Part shown: in pieces, positions 16,909-26,409 of the stretch
Numbering within the stretch: the first letter of the stretch is position 1
Layout: each line of letters opens with the position of its first letter
Origin: a virus
Strand: one strand, 5' to 3'
DNA length: 60,871 bases
Virus record (IMG/VR): IMGVR_UViG_3300006033_000003
Position numbers and translations under genes: made by a program
The notes under the pieces: generated by a model
The model's database searches: none
What the model was told of the DNA's origin: nothing
The model's input: the letters and a program-made list of their open reading frames with translations, nothing else

Positions 16909-18117
16909 ATGAACGAAAGCACCAATTGGAGCCCTCAGCAACAGACCGCCTTGGACCGGGTTGGGCGTTGGCTGAAGGCGAAGGACAAGCCCGTGTTTCA
17001 GCTGGCGGGCTTCGCCGGAACCGGCAAGACCACCCTGGCGAAGCACCTGGCCGCAACCGTGAACGGCCCCGTGTACTTCGCCGCCTACACCGGGAAGGCC
17101 GCACACGTCCTCACGAAGTCCGGAGCGACCAACGTGAGCACGATCCACAAGCTCATCTACACGCCCAAGGACAAGTCCCAGCAGCGCCTGAAGGACCTCG
17201 AAGCGGAGCGGGCGAAGCTGCTCACCCACAAGCCTGTCCCGACCACGATGCTGGAGAAGGTCGAAGCCGCGATTCAGGCGGAGAAGATAAATCTGGCCCG
17301 CCCGATGTTCCAGCTCAACAGCGAAAGCCCCTTGTTGGGCGCAGCCCTCCTGGTGGTGGATGAGTATTCGATGATTGACACGCAGATGGGGGAGGACCTG
17401 CTCAGCTTCGGTTGCCCGATCCTTGCGTTGGGCGATCCGGGACAGCTCCCGCCCGTCCAGGGCACGTCCTTCTTCAGCGACAAGCCCGACATCCTCCTCA
17501 CGGAGATTCACCGCCAGGCCCGCGACAACCCCATCATCTGGATGTCGCAGGAGGTCCGCGAAGGCCGCGTGCTCCGCCCCGGTTCCTACGGCAGCAGCCG
17601 CGTGGTGCCCTACCAGCAGCTGCCGCGCGATGAACTCCGGTCTGTAGTCCTATCCACGGACCAGCTCCTGGTTGGCAGGAACGCCACGCGCATCACCTCC
17701 AACAGCCGCGCCCGGGAACTCCTCGGGCGGACAAACGCCCTGCCCCAGGCCGGTGACAAGCTGGTCTGCCTCCGGAACAACCACGAGGTTGGGCTGCTCA
17801 ACGGCCAACTCTGGAAGGCCCGGGCTGATTCCATCTTTGACGGGGACTATGTCCTGCTGGACATCGAAAGCGAAGAAGGGACCAAGGTTGACGTCAGCGC
17901 CCATCCCCACTACTTTCACGGCAACAAGCCGGAGTATTGGGAACGCAAGGACGCGGAGGAGTTTGATTATGGGTATGCCCTCACCGTCCACAAGTCCCAG
18001 GGCTCCCAGTGGAACAACGTCCTGCTGTTCGATGAGTGGTATGGGAAGGACCGCCGGCAGTGGTTGTACACCGCGATCACCCGCGCCGCCGAACGCATCG
18101 ACGTGGTGATGATGTAG
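16909..18117 (+). CDS. RecD/Dda-like SF1 DNA helicase
   Basis: Walker A GFAGTGKTT, Walker B LLVVDEYSMID, GDPGQLPPV, and the C-terminal ALTVHKSQGSQW motif typical of the RecD/AAA_30 + UvrD_C_2 architecture. Confidence 0.85.
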   Translation: MNESTNWSPQQQTALDRVGRWLKAKDKPVFQLAGFAGTGKTTLAKHLAATVNGPVYFAAYTGKAAHVLTKSGATNVSTIHKLIYTPKDKSQQRLKDLEAERAKLLTHKPVPTTMLEKVEAAIQAEKINLARPMFQLNSESPLLGAALLVVDEYSMIDTQMGEDLLSFGCPILALGDPGQLPPVQGTSFFSDKPDILLTEIHRQARDNPIIWMSQEVREGRVLRPGSYGSSRVVPYQQLPRDELRSVVLSTDQLLVGRNATRITSNSRARELLGRTNALPQAGDKLVCLRNNHEVGLLNGQLWKARADSIFDGDYVLLDIESEEGTKVDVSAHPHYFHGNKPEYWERKDAEEFDYGYALTVHKSQGSQWNNVLLFDEWYGKDRRQWLYTAITRAAERIDVVMM

Positions 18118-18139
18118 CCCAACACCCAGGAGTCCAGAT

Positions 18140-20014
18140 ATGATTACTACCCCTTTTCAGCAACTCAACCTTCAGGAGAAAACCAAGATGAATGGTCCAC
18201 AAGTGCCATATTCCCAAGAACTTCACGCACAGAAGTACCGTGGTGAGGGCGAGTCCTTCCGCGAAGCGATGAACCGGATTGCCGCCGCCCTGAAGGACGA
18301 TGACCGCCACTTCGCGGACTTCCGGGACGCCCTTCTGGGCATGCGCTTCCTCCCGGCGGGCCGCATCCAATCCGCGATGGGCTCCACCCGTCAAGTGACC
18401 CCGTACAACTGCTATGTCAGTGGCAAGATCAATGACAGCTTTGTGGACGGGGACGGCTCCATCATGGAACGCGCCGCCGAAGCCGCCGCCACGATGCGTA
18501 TGGGCGGAGGGATTGGCTATGACTTCAGCACGCTCCGTCCGCGTGGCGATCTGATCCGCAAGCTCCAGTCCCACTCCTCCGGCCCGGTCAGCTTCATGCA
18601 CATCTTCGACGCGATCTGCAAGTGCGTGGCCTCCTCCGGCCACCGCCGGGGAGCGCAGATGGGGGTCCTGCGCGTGGATCACCCGGACATCGAGGAGTTC
18701 ATTCACGCGAAGCAACCGGCCCGGGACGTTCAGCCCCTCTGGGATATGGTGGCCGCGCTGCCGGACGGCCCGGAGAAGCAACAACTGATCTTCTCCCTGC
18801 AGAATACCCTGCGCCTGACCGGCTTCAACGTCTCCGTGGCGATCACCGATGAGTTCATGGAAGCCGTTGCCGCTGGCAAGCCCTTCCCGCTGCGCTTCGA
18901 GGGCCGCGTGTACCGTGAAGTGGACGCCCGCGCCCTGTGGGAGTCGATCATGCGCGGAACCTGGGATTGGGCGGAACCCGGGGTGCTGTTCATCGACGCG
19001 ATCAACCGCATGAACAATTTGTGGTACTGCGAGACGATTGCCGCCACGAACCCCTGCGGTGAGCAACCCCTCCCGCCCTACGGTGCCTGCCTCCTGGGCT
19101 CCTTCAACCTGGTCCGCTACATCGTCCGGGACGGCTCCGGCAAGTTCGCCTTCGACTGGGACCAGTACAAGGAGGACATCCCCACCGTGGTTCGCGCCAT
19201 GGACAACGTGGTTGACCGCGCCATCTATCCGCTCCCGCAGCAGAAGAAGGAAGCCCACGACAAGCGCCGCATGGGCCTGGGCATTACCGGCCTGGCCAAC
19301 GCGGGCGAGGCCCTGGGCTTCCTGTACGGTTCCCCGGACTTCCTCCGCTTCGAGGCCCAAGTGCTCGACACTCTGCGTGACGAAACCTACCTGGCCAGCG
19401 CACACATCGCCCGTGACAAGGGCTCCTTCCCTATGTTCGACCGGGAGAAGTACCTGCAGGGTGAGTTCGTCAAGACCCTGCGTGAGGACGTTCGGGACGC
19501 TATCGCCCGCCACGGCATCCGCAACTCTCACCTGACCTCCATCGCCCCGACCGGCACCATCAGCCTCTGCGCTGACAACGTCTCCTCCGGCATTGAGCCT
19601 GTGTTCGCCTACAGCTTCGACCGTACCGTGGTGGAGTTCACCGGCCCCCGCGTGGAGACGGTTCACGACTACGGTGCCCGCGCCTTCGGGGTGAAGGGCA
19701 AGACCTGCGACCGCGTTACCGTCCAGGAGCACGTTGCCGCCCTGACGACCGCCGCCCAGCGTGTGGACAGCGCCGTCAGCAAGACCTGCAACGTGCCCTC
19801 GGACATCTCCTGGGAGGACTTCAAGAACGTGTACGTGAGCGCCTGGGAGGGCGGAGCGAAGGGCTGCACGACCTTCCGCTTGGGCGGGAAGCGCAGCGGC
19901 ATTCTTGTCGCCAAGGACGAAGGGGAGACGGGTGACGCCGGAGAAGCCCAGACGGAGGAACCGGCCAGCCAGTGTCGCATCGACCCGGCCACCGGACGCC
20001 GTGAGTGTGAGTAA
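18140..20014 (+). CDS. nrdJ: ribonucleotide reductase, probably class II (B12-dependent)
   Basis: TNPCGEQPL active-site loop, CLLGSFNL, C-terminal Cys pair (QCRIDPATGRRECE). No ATP-cone and no NrdB-like gene anywhere in the genome. An alternative ATG lies at 18188. Confidence 0.7.
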   Translation: MITTPFQQLNLQEKTKMNGPQVPYSQELHAQKYRGEGESFREAMNRIAAALKDDDRHFADFRDALLGMRFLPAGRIQSAMGSTRQVTPYNCYVSGKINDSFVDGDGSIMERAAEAAATMRMGGGIGYDFSTLRPRGDLIRKLQSHSSGPVSFMHIFDAICKCVASSGHRRGAQMGVLRVDHPDIEEFIHAKQPARDVQPLWDMVAALPDGPEKQQLIFSLQNTLRLTGFNVSVAITDEFMEAVAAGKPFPLRFEGRVYREVDARALWESIMRGTWDWAEPGVLFIDAINRMNNLWYCETIAATNPCGEQPLPPYGACLLGSFNLVRYIVRDGSGKFAFDWDQYKEDIPTVVRAMDNVVDRAIYPLPQQKKEAHDKRRMGLGITGLANAGEALGFLYGSPDFLRFEAQVLDTLRDETYLASAHIARDKGSFPMFDREKYLQGEFVKTLREDVRDAIARHGIRNSHLTSIAPTGTISLCADNVSSGIEPVFAYSFDRTVVEFTGPRVETVHDYGARAFGVKGKTCDRVTVQEHVAALTTAAQRVDSAVSKTCNVPSDISWEDFKNVYVSAWEGGAKGCTTFRLGGKRSGILVAKDEGETGDAGEAQTEEPASQCRIDPATGRRECE

Positions 20015-20023
20015 GTGAAGATT

Positions 20024-20073
20024 GGGCGGACAACTAGGGGTTTTCCCTACCCCAACAAAAAAGTTGTCCGCCC
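20024..20073 (+). terminator. long-stem hairpin after the RNR gene (terminator-like)
   Basis: Perfect 12-bp stem GGGCGGACAACT / AGTTGTCCGCCC around a 26-nt loop with an inner GGGG/CCCC hairpin. A T-rich sequence (actttacttttt) follows. Confidence 0.55.
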
Positions 20074-20076
20074 ACT

Positions 20077-20105
20077 TTACTTTTTCGCATGAATGGCACT
20101 ATACT
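20077..20105 (+). promoter_or_regulatory. promoter candidate, class 1 (TTACTT-N17-TATACT)
   Basis: cTTTACTTTTTCGcatgaatgGCACTATACTTCTTC. Shares the CTTTACTT..GCACTATACTTCTTC frame with 34835 and 40385. Heads the DNA-modification block. Confidence 0.65.
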
Positions 20106-20155
20106 TCTTCTCACGGTCGAACAACGAACCGCAACCCTCAGAAATGGAGCTCATC

Positions 20156-20821
20156 ATGAACACGATCACTTTCAACAACGTCAGCTACACCGAAGCCATC
20201 CTGAACAGCCTGTCCGGCCCCGCGCTGGTTGCCTTGTTCAACGCTGTCTCCGAAGCCCTGAAAACCGGCAAGCCGGTGACCCGCTTCGCTGACAAGAAGT
20301 CCGCCGTCAGCCGTACCTGGAAGCTGCTCGGTCAGCTCCCGGTCGAAGCCCCCGCAGCGGAAGTTGTTGAAGTAGTCGCAGAAGTGGTGACCGCTCCCAG
20401 CGTCCTCTCCAGCTGGGTGAATGGCCTGGTGGCTTCCTCGAAGAAGGAAACCCCTGTGAAAAAGAACGCCAAGCCCCGTGGCACCAACCTGACCCCTCCC
20501 GGCTTCGAGCCGATTGCCTGCCGCGAAGGTTCCAAGCAAGCCCTCCTCCTGGACATGCTGTCCCGCAAGAACGGCTCCACCATGGCCGAACTGATTGATG
20601 CCTTGTCCGGCGGCAACAAGCCTTGGACTGAGGCCACCGTCCGCTCCGGCTTCGGTTGGGACATGAAGCTCAAGGGCTACGGTGTTCACTCCTCCTTCGA
20701 CGCGGACGGCACGGAGCGATTCCACATCGTCCTTCCGGAGTGCGCCAAGGGCATCCCCGCCCACACCCCGCTGAAGGGCAAGGCGAAGGCGGACGCCCGC
20801 CAAGCCAAGCTGGCCGTCTGA
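20156..20821 (+). CDS. hypothetical protein, C-terminal winged-helix-like (DUF3489-like?) region
   Basis: ATG 8 nt after the conserved leader cagaaATGGAG. The C-terminal [36 protein letters not shown] resembles small wHTH domains. First gene after promoter 20077. Confidence 0.35.
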   Translation: MNTITFNNVSYTEAILNSLSGPALVALFNAVSEALKTGKPVTRFADKKSAVSRTWKLLGQLPVEAPAAEVVEVVAEVVTAPSVLSSWVNGLVASSKKETPVKKNAKPRGTNLTPPGFEPIACREGSKQALLLDMLSRKNGSTMAELIDALSGGNKPWTEATVRSGFGWDMKLKGYGVHSSFDADGTERFHIVLPECAKGIPAHTPLKGKAKADARQAKLAV

Positions 20822-20867
20822 CAACAACACGCCCCGGGAAGCCGGGGCCTACACTGAGACTTGTACA

Positions 20868-21746
20868 ATGAGCCGAAACTACCCCCGCCTGGACATCGAG
20901 TCCTTTGGGCGACACCTGATCACCTCTGGGGACCTTGACCCGATCTACACCGCCCTAGTCCGGGCGGAGAAGGCCGGTGACTACTCCATCCCCCAACTCT
21001 GCCGCTGGATGGTCGCATACTGGTGTTACTACAACGCCGCCGTTGCGTCCTTCCTCAGTGAGAAGGAGGGCAATGACTTCTGGCACTGGATGATGGTCGC
21101 AGCAGAAAACGCGGAGGAAACCCCCGTGGGAGGACGCTGGCCACGCGGACATGAGCGCCGCCACTTCCGCGCAGCGATTGCGGTCAACGCTGTATCGTCC
21201 CTCCAGAAGCGGTACGCGGAGCGCCCGGAGAACTTCGTGCTATACGTGGGAGCCCGCGCAACGGAGGAGGAGCGCCTGCCCTTCCGGACCGTCTCGAACC
21301 GCGCCCAGGAGCACAACGGCTTCGGACCGTGGATTGGCTTCAAGATTGCGGACATGATGGACCGCGTGATGGAGGTCCCGGTTGACTTCGACAACGCCGC
21401 CGTGTTCATGTTCAAGGACCCGGAGAAGGCCGCGATGATGCTGTGGCAGCTCCGGGAGGGCCACAAGTACCCGGAGAACGCGAAGCCCAAGCGGGAGGTC
21501 ATCCTGAACGGGGTGGCGCAGTACCTGATTGGGCACTTCGCGGACCTCGAAGCCCCGCCCCTGTCCGACCGTCCGGTGAACATCCAGGAGGTGGAGACGG
21601 TCCTGTGCAAGTGGAAATCCCACATGAATGGACACTACCCCCTCTGGAACGACACCCGGGAGATCAACACCGGACTCGAACCCTGGGCCGCTTCGTGCCC
21701 CGCCGCCCGCGCCTTCCTCCACCACATGCCCAAGGAGCAATCATGA
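20868..21746 (+). CDS. aGPT-pyrophosphorylase-like DNA base hypermodification enzyme (second paralogue)
   Basis: All-helical 292-aa protein. It shares with CDS 24898-25833 the motif G-x-G-P-(W/F)-x7-D ([16 protein letters not shown] versus IGWGPFMAYEVVTDLRH). It sits in an operon with the PLP, radical SAM and kinase genes. Confidence 0.5.
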   Translation: MSRNYPRLDIESFGRHLITSGDLDPIYTALVRAEKAGDYSIPQLCRWMVAYWCYYNAAVASFLSEKEGNDFWHWMMVAAENAEETPVGGRWPRGHERRHFRAAIAVNAVSSLQKRYAERPENFVLYVGARATEEERLPFRTVSNRAQEHNGFGPWIGFKIADMMDRVMEVPVDFDNAAVFMFKDPEKAAMMLWQLREGHKYPENAKPKREVILNGVAQYLIGHFADLEAPPLSDRPVNIQEVETVLCKWKSHMNGHYPLWNDTREINTGLEPWAASCPAARAFLHHMPKEQS

Positions 21747-22582
21747 TAGTCAACAACACCCCGCTCGAAGTCCACAACCTCCGGGGCGTCCCCGTCATCG
21801 TCAAGCGTGAGGACCTTTGCGCCCCGCTGCCGGGTCCGTCCTTCAGCAAGATACGGGGCGTGGTGGCCCACATCAAGAACCGCCCTGAACAAGTCATCGG
21901 GGTCCTGGACACCTATCACTCGAAGGCCGGACACGCGGTGGCCTACGTCTGCAACCAACTCGGACGCAAGTGCGTGGACTTCTGGCCCCGCTACAAGAAG
22001 GACGGGAACGCGGACGCCCCGCGCATCCAGCAGCAACGTGCCCGCCAACTGGGGGCGGACCTGGTGGACCTTCCGGCGGGCCGCTCCGCCGTGCTGTACC
22101 ACGGAGCGCGCAAGCGGCTGATGGACGGCTATGCGAACGGGTACTTGATGCCCAACGCCCTGAAGCTGCCGGAGTCGATCACGGAGAACGCTGCGGAAGC
22201 CCTGCGCACCGCTCCGGACCTCCCGGGCGAAGGCACCCTGATTCTGTCCATCAGCTCCGGGACGGTTGCCGCCGGGGTCCTCCTGGGCTTCAAGCAGGCC
22301 GGTATCCTGGACGGGTATGACGTCATTCTGAACATGGGCTACAGCCGCAGTCAGGACTCCACCCGCGCCTACATCGAACGTGCCGCCGGGATTCAGCTGA
22401 CGGAGCGTGTCCGCTTCGTGGATGAGGGCTACAACTACGCGGACGCCGCGCCCAGCAGCGTCTCCGTTCCGTTCCCGTGCAACCCCTACTATGACCAGAA
22501 GGCGTGGAACTGGCTCCAGAAGCCGGAGAACCTCGAACCGCTGGCGGGCAAGCCCATCGTGTTCTGGAACATCGGAGACTGA
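21743..22582 (+). CDS. PLP-dependent enzyme, fold type II (ACC deaminase / TrpB-like)
   Basis: ATGA overlap start; the track ORF 21443 is an upstream extension. VKREDL...PSFSKIRG (candidate PLP lysine) and a phosphate-binding loop [10 protein letters not shown]. Confidence 0.6.
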   Translation: MIVNNTPLEVHNLRGVPVIVKREDLCAPLPGPSFSKIRGVVAHIKNRPEQVIGVLDTYHSKAGHAVAYVCNQLGRKCVDFWPRYKKDGNADAPRIQQQRARQLGADLVDLPAGRSAVLYHGARKRLMDGYANGYLMPNALKLPESITENAAEALRTAPDLPGEGTLILSISSGTVAAGVLLGFKQAGILDGYDVILNMGYSRSQDSTRAYIERAAGIQLTERVRFVDEGYNYADAAPSSVSVPFPCNPYYDQKAWNWLQKPENLEPLAGKPIVFWNIGD

Positions 22583-22585
22583 GCC

Positions 22586-22759
22586 ATGGGCTATCCGAAG
22601 GGACGCCAGCGCACGGAGGAGCAGAAGCGTGCGCACTCGGAGCGGATGAAGGGCCGGGTGTTCACGGAGGAGCACCGCCGGAAGATGTCAGAAGCCGCGA
22701 AGGCCCGGTGGGACCGCGCCCGGGGCATCGAACCTCCGGAAAACACTTGTTCCAACTAG
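22586..22759 (+). CDS. 57-aa NUMOD3-repeat DNA-binding mini-protein (not in the ORF track)
   Basis: MGYPKGRQRTEEQKRAHSERMKGRVFTEEHRRKMSEAAKARW carries two NUMOD3-like repeats (G+x2TEEx+x+xSE). These normally form the DNA-binding tail of GIY-YIG/HNH homing endonucleases. No nuclease domain is present. Confidence 0.5.
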   Translation: MGYPKGRQRTEEQKRAHSERMKGRVFTEEHRRKMSEAAKARWDRARGIEPPENTCSN

Positions 22760-22785
22760 ACTTCTTCACACCACCCCTCTATACT
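22758..22785 (+). promoter_or_regulatory. promoter candidate (AGACTTCTTC-N-TATACT)
   Basis: tAGACTTCTTCacaccacccctcTATACTTTTTC, 27 nt upstream of the radical SAM start. Confidence 0.45.
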
Positions 22786-22811
22786 TTTTCAGCTACTTCA
22801 GGAGAATCGAA

Positions 22812-24278
22812 ATGCAAAGTGAACACGACCACAACCAGTGGCTCGAACAGACAACCGGAGAAGAAGCCCAGGAGGCTTACAAGTTCTTCATGCGCCCGGA
22901 CCCGAACCAACGGGAGTTCCTGGGCCCAATCGAGGAGGAGGATGACCCGCTGACCGGCATGCGTGCGAAGTTCCGCATGGCGAAGGTGGGCATGGTCCGC
23001 AACGCCCCCGATGAGTCCAAGAAGGAGGTGAAGGTGTACCTGGGCTTCAATGACAAGACCTACGTGCCCCATATCCGCATCCCGAACGCGAAGCCGCTGC
23101 AGGGTTGGTACCAGGACAAGCACAACGACAAGCAGGGGAGCCGTCCGCGTCCTTGCTTCACGGAAGCCGTCCTGACGGAGCCATATGGGGGCTACTGCAC
23201 CGTGGGTTGTGCCTTCTGCTACGTCAACAGCGGGTTCCGGGGTTATCGGGGCTCTGGCCTCATCAGCGTGCCGATGAACTACGGTGACCAGGTCCGCGCC
23301 CAGCTGTCCAAGGTCCATACTTCCGCCGCCGGTTACTTCTCCAGCTTCACGGACCCGTTCCTGCCGATTGAGGAGGTGTACCACAACACGCAACGCGGGG
23401 CGGAGGAGTTCGACCGCGTGGGCCTTCCCGTGTTCTTCCTCTCCCGCCTTCACTACCCTGATTGGGCCTTCGACCTCCTGAAGCGCAACCGCTACAGCTA
23501 TGCCCAGAAGTCCCTCAACACGGGCAACGATGCGGATTGGCACAAGCTGTCCCCCGGGGCTATCTCCCTTCAAGCCCACCTGGACGAAATCCGGGAGCTG
23601 CGCCGCCACGGCATCTACACCTCCATTCAGGTGAACCCGGTGGTGCCCGGGATTACCCCGCACGAGGACATCCGCCGCTTGTTTGAGCGCCTGGCCGAAG
23701 TCGGCAACAACCACGTCATCGTCAAGTTCGTGGAAGCCGGGTACAGCTGGGCACCCGCGATGGTGGAGCGCCTTCACAAGCGGTTCGGAGCGGAGCGGGC
23801 CGGGAAGTTCCAGGCCCTGTTCACGGAGAACCAGGCCGGAGCCCAGCGCACAATCGTCCAATCTTACCGCATCGAAGCCCACACACTGTACCAGAAGTGG
23901 GCCACCGAACTCGGGATGACCTACGCCACGTGCTATGAGTACGCGAAGGGCGAAGGCGGTGGTGGTTGGCAGAGTGTGGGCCGTCAATTCACGACCGCTG
24001 ACCAGTGCCACGGCCAGAAGGTCCCGATGTTCACGCGCAAGGACTTGTCCGACAACTTCGAGGAGGTGGGAGCCTGCCCGCCGTCCGGTTGTCTGTACTG
24101 CGCCCCGGAGGATGCGAAGCCGGAAGACAAGCTGAAAGGCCGTTGTGGTTCGGAAGTGTTCGGAGCCGCCCGCGCCCTTCGCGCCCCTGACTTCAAGTAC
24201 GTGGCGGGACCCGATGAGGAACAGCCCGACCGTATCAAGAAGAAGCTGCAAGCCATCAAGGTGGTGGTCCAGCAATAA
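22812..24278 (+). CDS. radical SAM enzyme (spore-photoproduct-lyase / DNA-photolyase-like)
   Basis: Cx3Cx2C cluster CTVGCAFCY near residue 135. 488 aa, SplB-like context (GGYCTVGCAFCYVNSG...ISVPMNY). Confidence 0.75.
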   Translation: MQSEHDHNQWLEQTTGEEAQEAYKFFMRPDPNQREFLGPIEEEDDPLTGMRAKFRMAKVGMVRNAPDESKKEVKVYLGFNDKTYVPHIRIPNAKPLQGWYQDKHNDKQGSRPRPCFTEAVLTEPYGGYCTVGCAFCYVNSGFRGYRGSGLISVPMNYGDQVRAQLSKVHTSAAGYFSSFTDPFLPIEEVYHNTQRGAEEFDRVGLPVFFLSRLHYPDWAFDLLKRNRYSYAQKSLNTGNDADWHKLSPGAISLQAHLDEIRELRRHGIYTSIQVNPVVPGITPHEDIRRLFERLAEVGNNHVIVKFVEAGYSWAPAMVERLHKRFGAERAGKFQALFTENQAGAQRTIVQSYRIEAHTLYQKWATELGMTYATCYEYAKGEGGGGWQSVGRQFTTADQCHGQKVPMFTRKDLSDNFEEVGACPPSGCLYCAPEDAKPEDKLKGRCGSEVFGAARALRAPDFKYVAGPDEEQPDRIKKKLQAIKVVVQQ

Positions 24279-24331
24279 CCCCCGGGCGGGGCTCCGGCTC
24301 CGCCCACCCTCAACTGAAATGGAGAATCAAG

Positions 24332-24886
24332 ATGAAGTACATCAACGTGCGGGGCTGTAACGGCTCCGGCAAGACTACCCTGCTGCGCAGCCTCGCAACC
24401 GATTCGCTGTGCCGCGTCTCGAACGCGAACATGGGCGACCTTCACAAGCCCATCCCCGTCACCTACTGCCCGGGCGGCATCGCCATCATCGGTGACTACA
24501 CGCCCGCCGCCGCCGGTTCTACCACCGCTGGCCTGGACCGTATCAAGACCCAAGCCGCCGCCAAGGCCGTCATCGAGTTCGTGGGCAAGGACCCGGGGGT
24601 GAAGGCCGTCCTGTTCGAGGGCGTGGTGGTCAGCACCATCTACGGTCCGTGGCAGGAGTGGTCGAAGGCGAACGGCGGGATGATCTGGGCCTTCCTGGAC
24701 ACCCCGCTCCAGACCTGCCTGGAGCGCATCCAGGTTCGCAACGGCGGGAAGCCGATCAAGGAGGACCAGGTGGCCGACAAGCACCGCACCATCGCCCGGG
24801 TCCGCGACAAGGCCCTGGCCGACAAGGAAACCGTGCTGGACCTGCCCTGGCAGGACGCCCGCGCCGCCCTCCTGGCCGTCATCTGA
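24332..24886 (+). CDS. P-loop kinase, candidate 5-hydroxymethyl-dU DNA kinase
   Basis: N-terminal Walker A VRGCNGSGKTTLL. 184 aa. Lies directly between the radical SAM gene and the aGPT-Pplase-like gene. Confidence 0.55.
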   Translation: MKYINVRGCNGSGKTTLLRSLATDSLCRVSNANMGDLHKPIPVTYCPGGIAIIGDYTPAAAGSTTAGLDRIKTQAAAKAVIEFVGKDPGVKAVLFEGVVVSTIYGPWQEWSKANGGMIWAFLDTPLQTCLERIQVRNGGKPIKEDQVADKHRTIARVRDKALADKETVLDLPWQDARAALLAVI

Positions 24887-24897
24887 GGAACCCAGAC

Positions 24898-25833
24898 ATG
24901 AGCACCCCGCGTCTCAACGACATCGCCGCCTTCATGAAGGCCCGGCACGACATCTACCTGGACCGCAAGGCCGGGAAGCCCGGACCCTGGACCACTGACC
25001 CGGTCCTCCGTGATGGGCGGTTCTGCAACATCTTCCGCGAACTGGACACGGTCACGATCTGGGTTGACCAGAACATCCGGAAGCCCTACGCGGGCCACGA
25101 ACATCTTTGGCTGATGCTGGCGCTGGCCCGCTACATCAACTGGCCCGATACCCTGGCCACGCTCATCGAAGCGCCCGGGGCCTGGCCCAGCCATGAGGAC
25201 TTCGCGCCGGAGAACGTCACGGAGGTTCTTGCCGCCAAGGCTTCCTTCGGGGACAAGGTGTACACCGGGGCGTACATGATCCGGGCGGAGTCCGACACCG
25301 CCAAGGAGTGGTACAGCTGGAGCAAGCACCGCTACATCGCGGAAATCGTGATTGGGCGTCTGTGGGAGGACCGCGCCGCATTCGTGGAAGTCCTCGAAGG
25401 CAAGCGCCAAGCCTCCCTGGAGCAGGTCTGGAAGTTGTTTCAGGAGCCCCGCTACATCGGTTGGGGGCCGTTCATGGCCTATGAAGTGGTGACGGACCTC
25501 CGCCACACCCGCTACCTTCGTCACGCCCCGGACATCTATTCATGGGCCAACGCCGGTCCCGGAGCGATCCGGGGACTGAATCGCCTGTATGGGCGGAACC
25601 TCGAAGCGAAGCCCCGCCCGGAGCAGACCAACCGTGAAATGTACGATTTGAGGCTTGACCTCTGTGTGGTGGACGATCCGGGATTCATGCAGACTTTTGG
25701 CCCGTTGGGTCCCCGCTTCGAGATGAGGGACGTGGAGCACTCCCTGTGTGAGTTCGACAAGTATGAACGGGTGCGCCTGGGCGAAGGGAAGATGCGCACG
25801 AAGTATGACTGGCGCAAGGCAACAACCATCTGA
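24898..25833 (+). CDS. aGPT-pyrophosphorylase clade-1-like DNA base hypermodification enzyme
   Basis: The ATG at 24898 begins MSTPRLNDIAAFMKARHDIYL..KPGPWTTDPVLRDGRFCNIFRELDTVT, the N-terminal signature I associate with this family, followed by GWGPFMAYEVVTDL. The track ORF 24649 is an upstream extension. Confidence 0.65.
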   Translation: MSTPRLNDIAAFMKARHDIYLDRKAGKPGPWTTDPVLRDGRFCNIFRELDTVTIWVDQNIRKPYAGHEHLWLMLALARYINWPDTLATLIEAPGAWPSHEDFAPENVTEVLAAKASFGDKVYTGAYMIRAESDTAKEWYSWSKHRYIAEIVIGRLWEDRAAFVEVLEGKRQASLEQVWKLFQEPRYIGWGPFMAYEVVTDLRHTRYLRHAPDIYSWANAGPGAIRGLNRLYGRNLEAKPRPEQTNREMYDLRLDLCVVDDPGFMQTFGPLGPRFEMRDVEHSLCEFDKYERVRLGEGKMRTKYDWRKATTI

Positions 25834-25848
25834 GAAACGGAGAACGAA

Positions 25849-26409
25849 ATGGCAACTGTTCGCATCAACACTTACATGAAGGAGACGGTGGTGCGCCGTC
25901 TCATGAATCACGCCTTCGAGGAGCGGAAGAAGGCCCTGCAGGCTGAGTGGTACGCCCTCGGGGACGCCGTGTACAAGGACCTGTACCCGGAGGAAGTCCT
26001 GACCAAGATGAAGGCGATGCCCGCCGGGTTCCTTCCGATGGACGATGACGTGCGCGTGTCCTTCGGGGGAGACTTCACCCGCGTGTACTTCGGGGAGAAC
26101 CGCCTGCTGTCCTATGGGCACCGCTCGAACGCCGCCCGTGTGTATGACAGCAAGCACCCCCTGTCCGTCCGTCATGACGCCTACCGCAAGGCCAATGACC
26201 AGCTGACGGAGGAGGAGCGCAAGGCGGAGTCCTCCACCAAGGCGATCCTGGACAGCGTCACCACGCTCAAGAAGCTGATTGAGACCTGGCCGGAGGTGGA
26301 GCCCTTCGTTGAGGACTTCAAACAAACCGCCACGGGCCGCTATCTCCCCGCGCTGCCCGTCCAAGACCTGAACGCCCGCCTGGGCCTGCCCAAGAAGGAA
26401 GCAAAATGA
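25849..26409 (+). CDS. hypothetical protein, co-operonic with the modification genes (Nmad-type?)
   Basis: 186-aa ORF with an SD (acggagaacgaa), wedged between the Pplase-like and TS-like genes. No catalytic motif recognised. Confidence 0.5.
   Translation: MATVRINTYMKETVVRRLMNHAFEERKKALQAEWYALGDAVYKDLYPEEVLTKMKAMPAGFLPMDDDVRVSFGGDFTRVYFGENRLLSYGHRSNAARVYDSKHPLSVRHDAYRKANDQLTEEERKAESSTKAILDSVTTLKKLIETWPEVEPFVEDFKQTATGRYLPALPVQDLNARLGLPKKEAK

Noticed and set aside
21443-21742. Upstream extensions and off-frame + strand ORFs in the track, for example the 5-prime parts of 21443-22582, 24649-25833, 37123-37815, 35046-36338, 46181-46822 and 4789-7716.
   Set aside because: The extensions overlap the preceding, motif-supported gene in another frame and are Pro/Arg/Gly-rich. 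Internal ATG or GTG codons with a GGAG SD or an ATGA/GTGA overlap give the biologically sensible starts used in the feature table.
24332-24886. Alternative reading of the P-loop kinase as a free-nucleotide (hm)dUMP kinase rather than a DNA 5-hmdU kinase.
   Set aside because: Not fully rejected. Its placement between the radical SAM and Pplase-like genes favours the DNA-kinase role, but sequence alone cannot decide. This is flagged in the nucleotide-pool finding.
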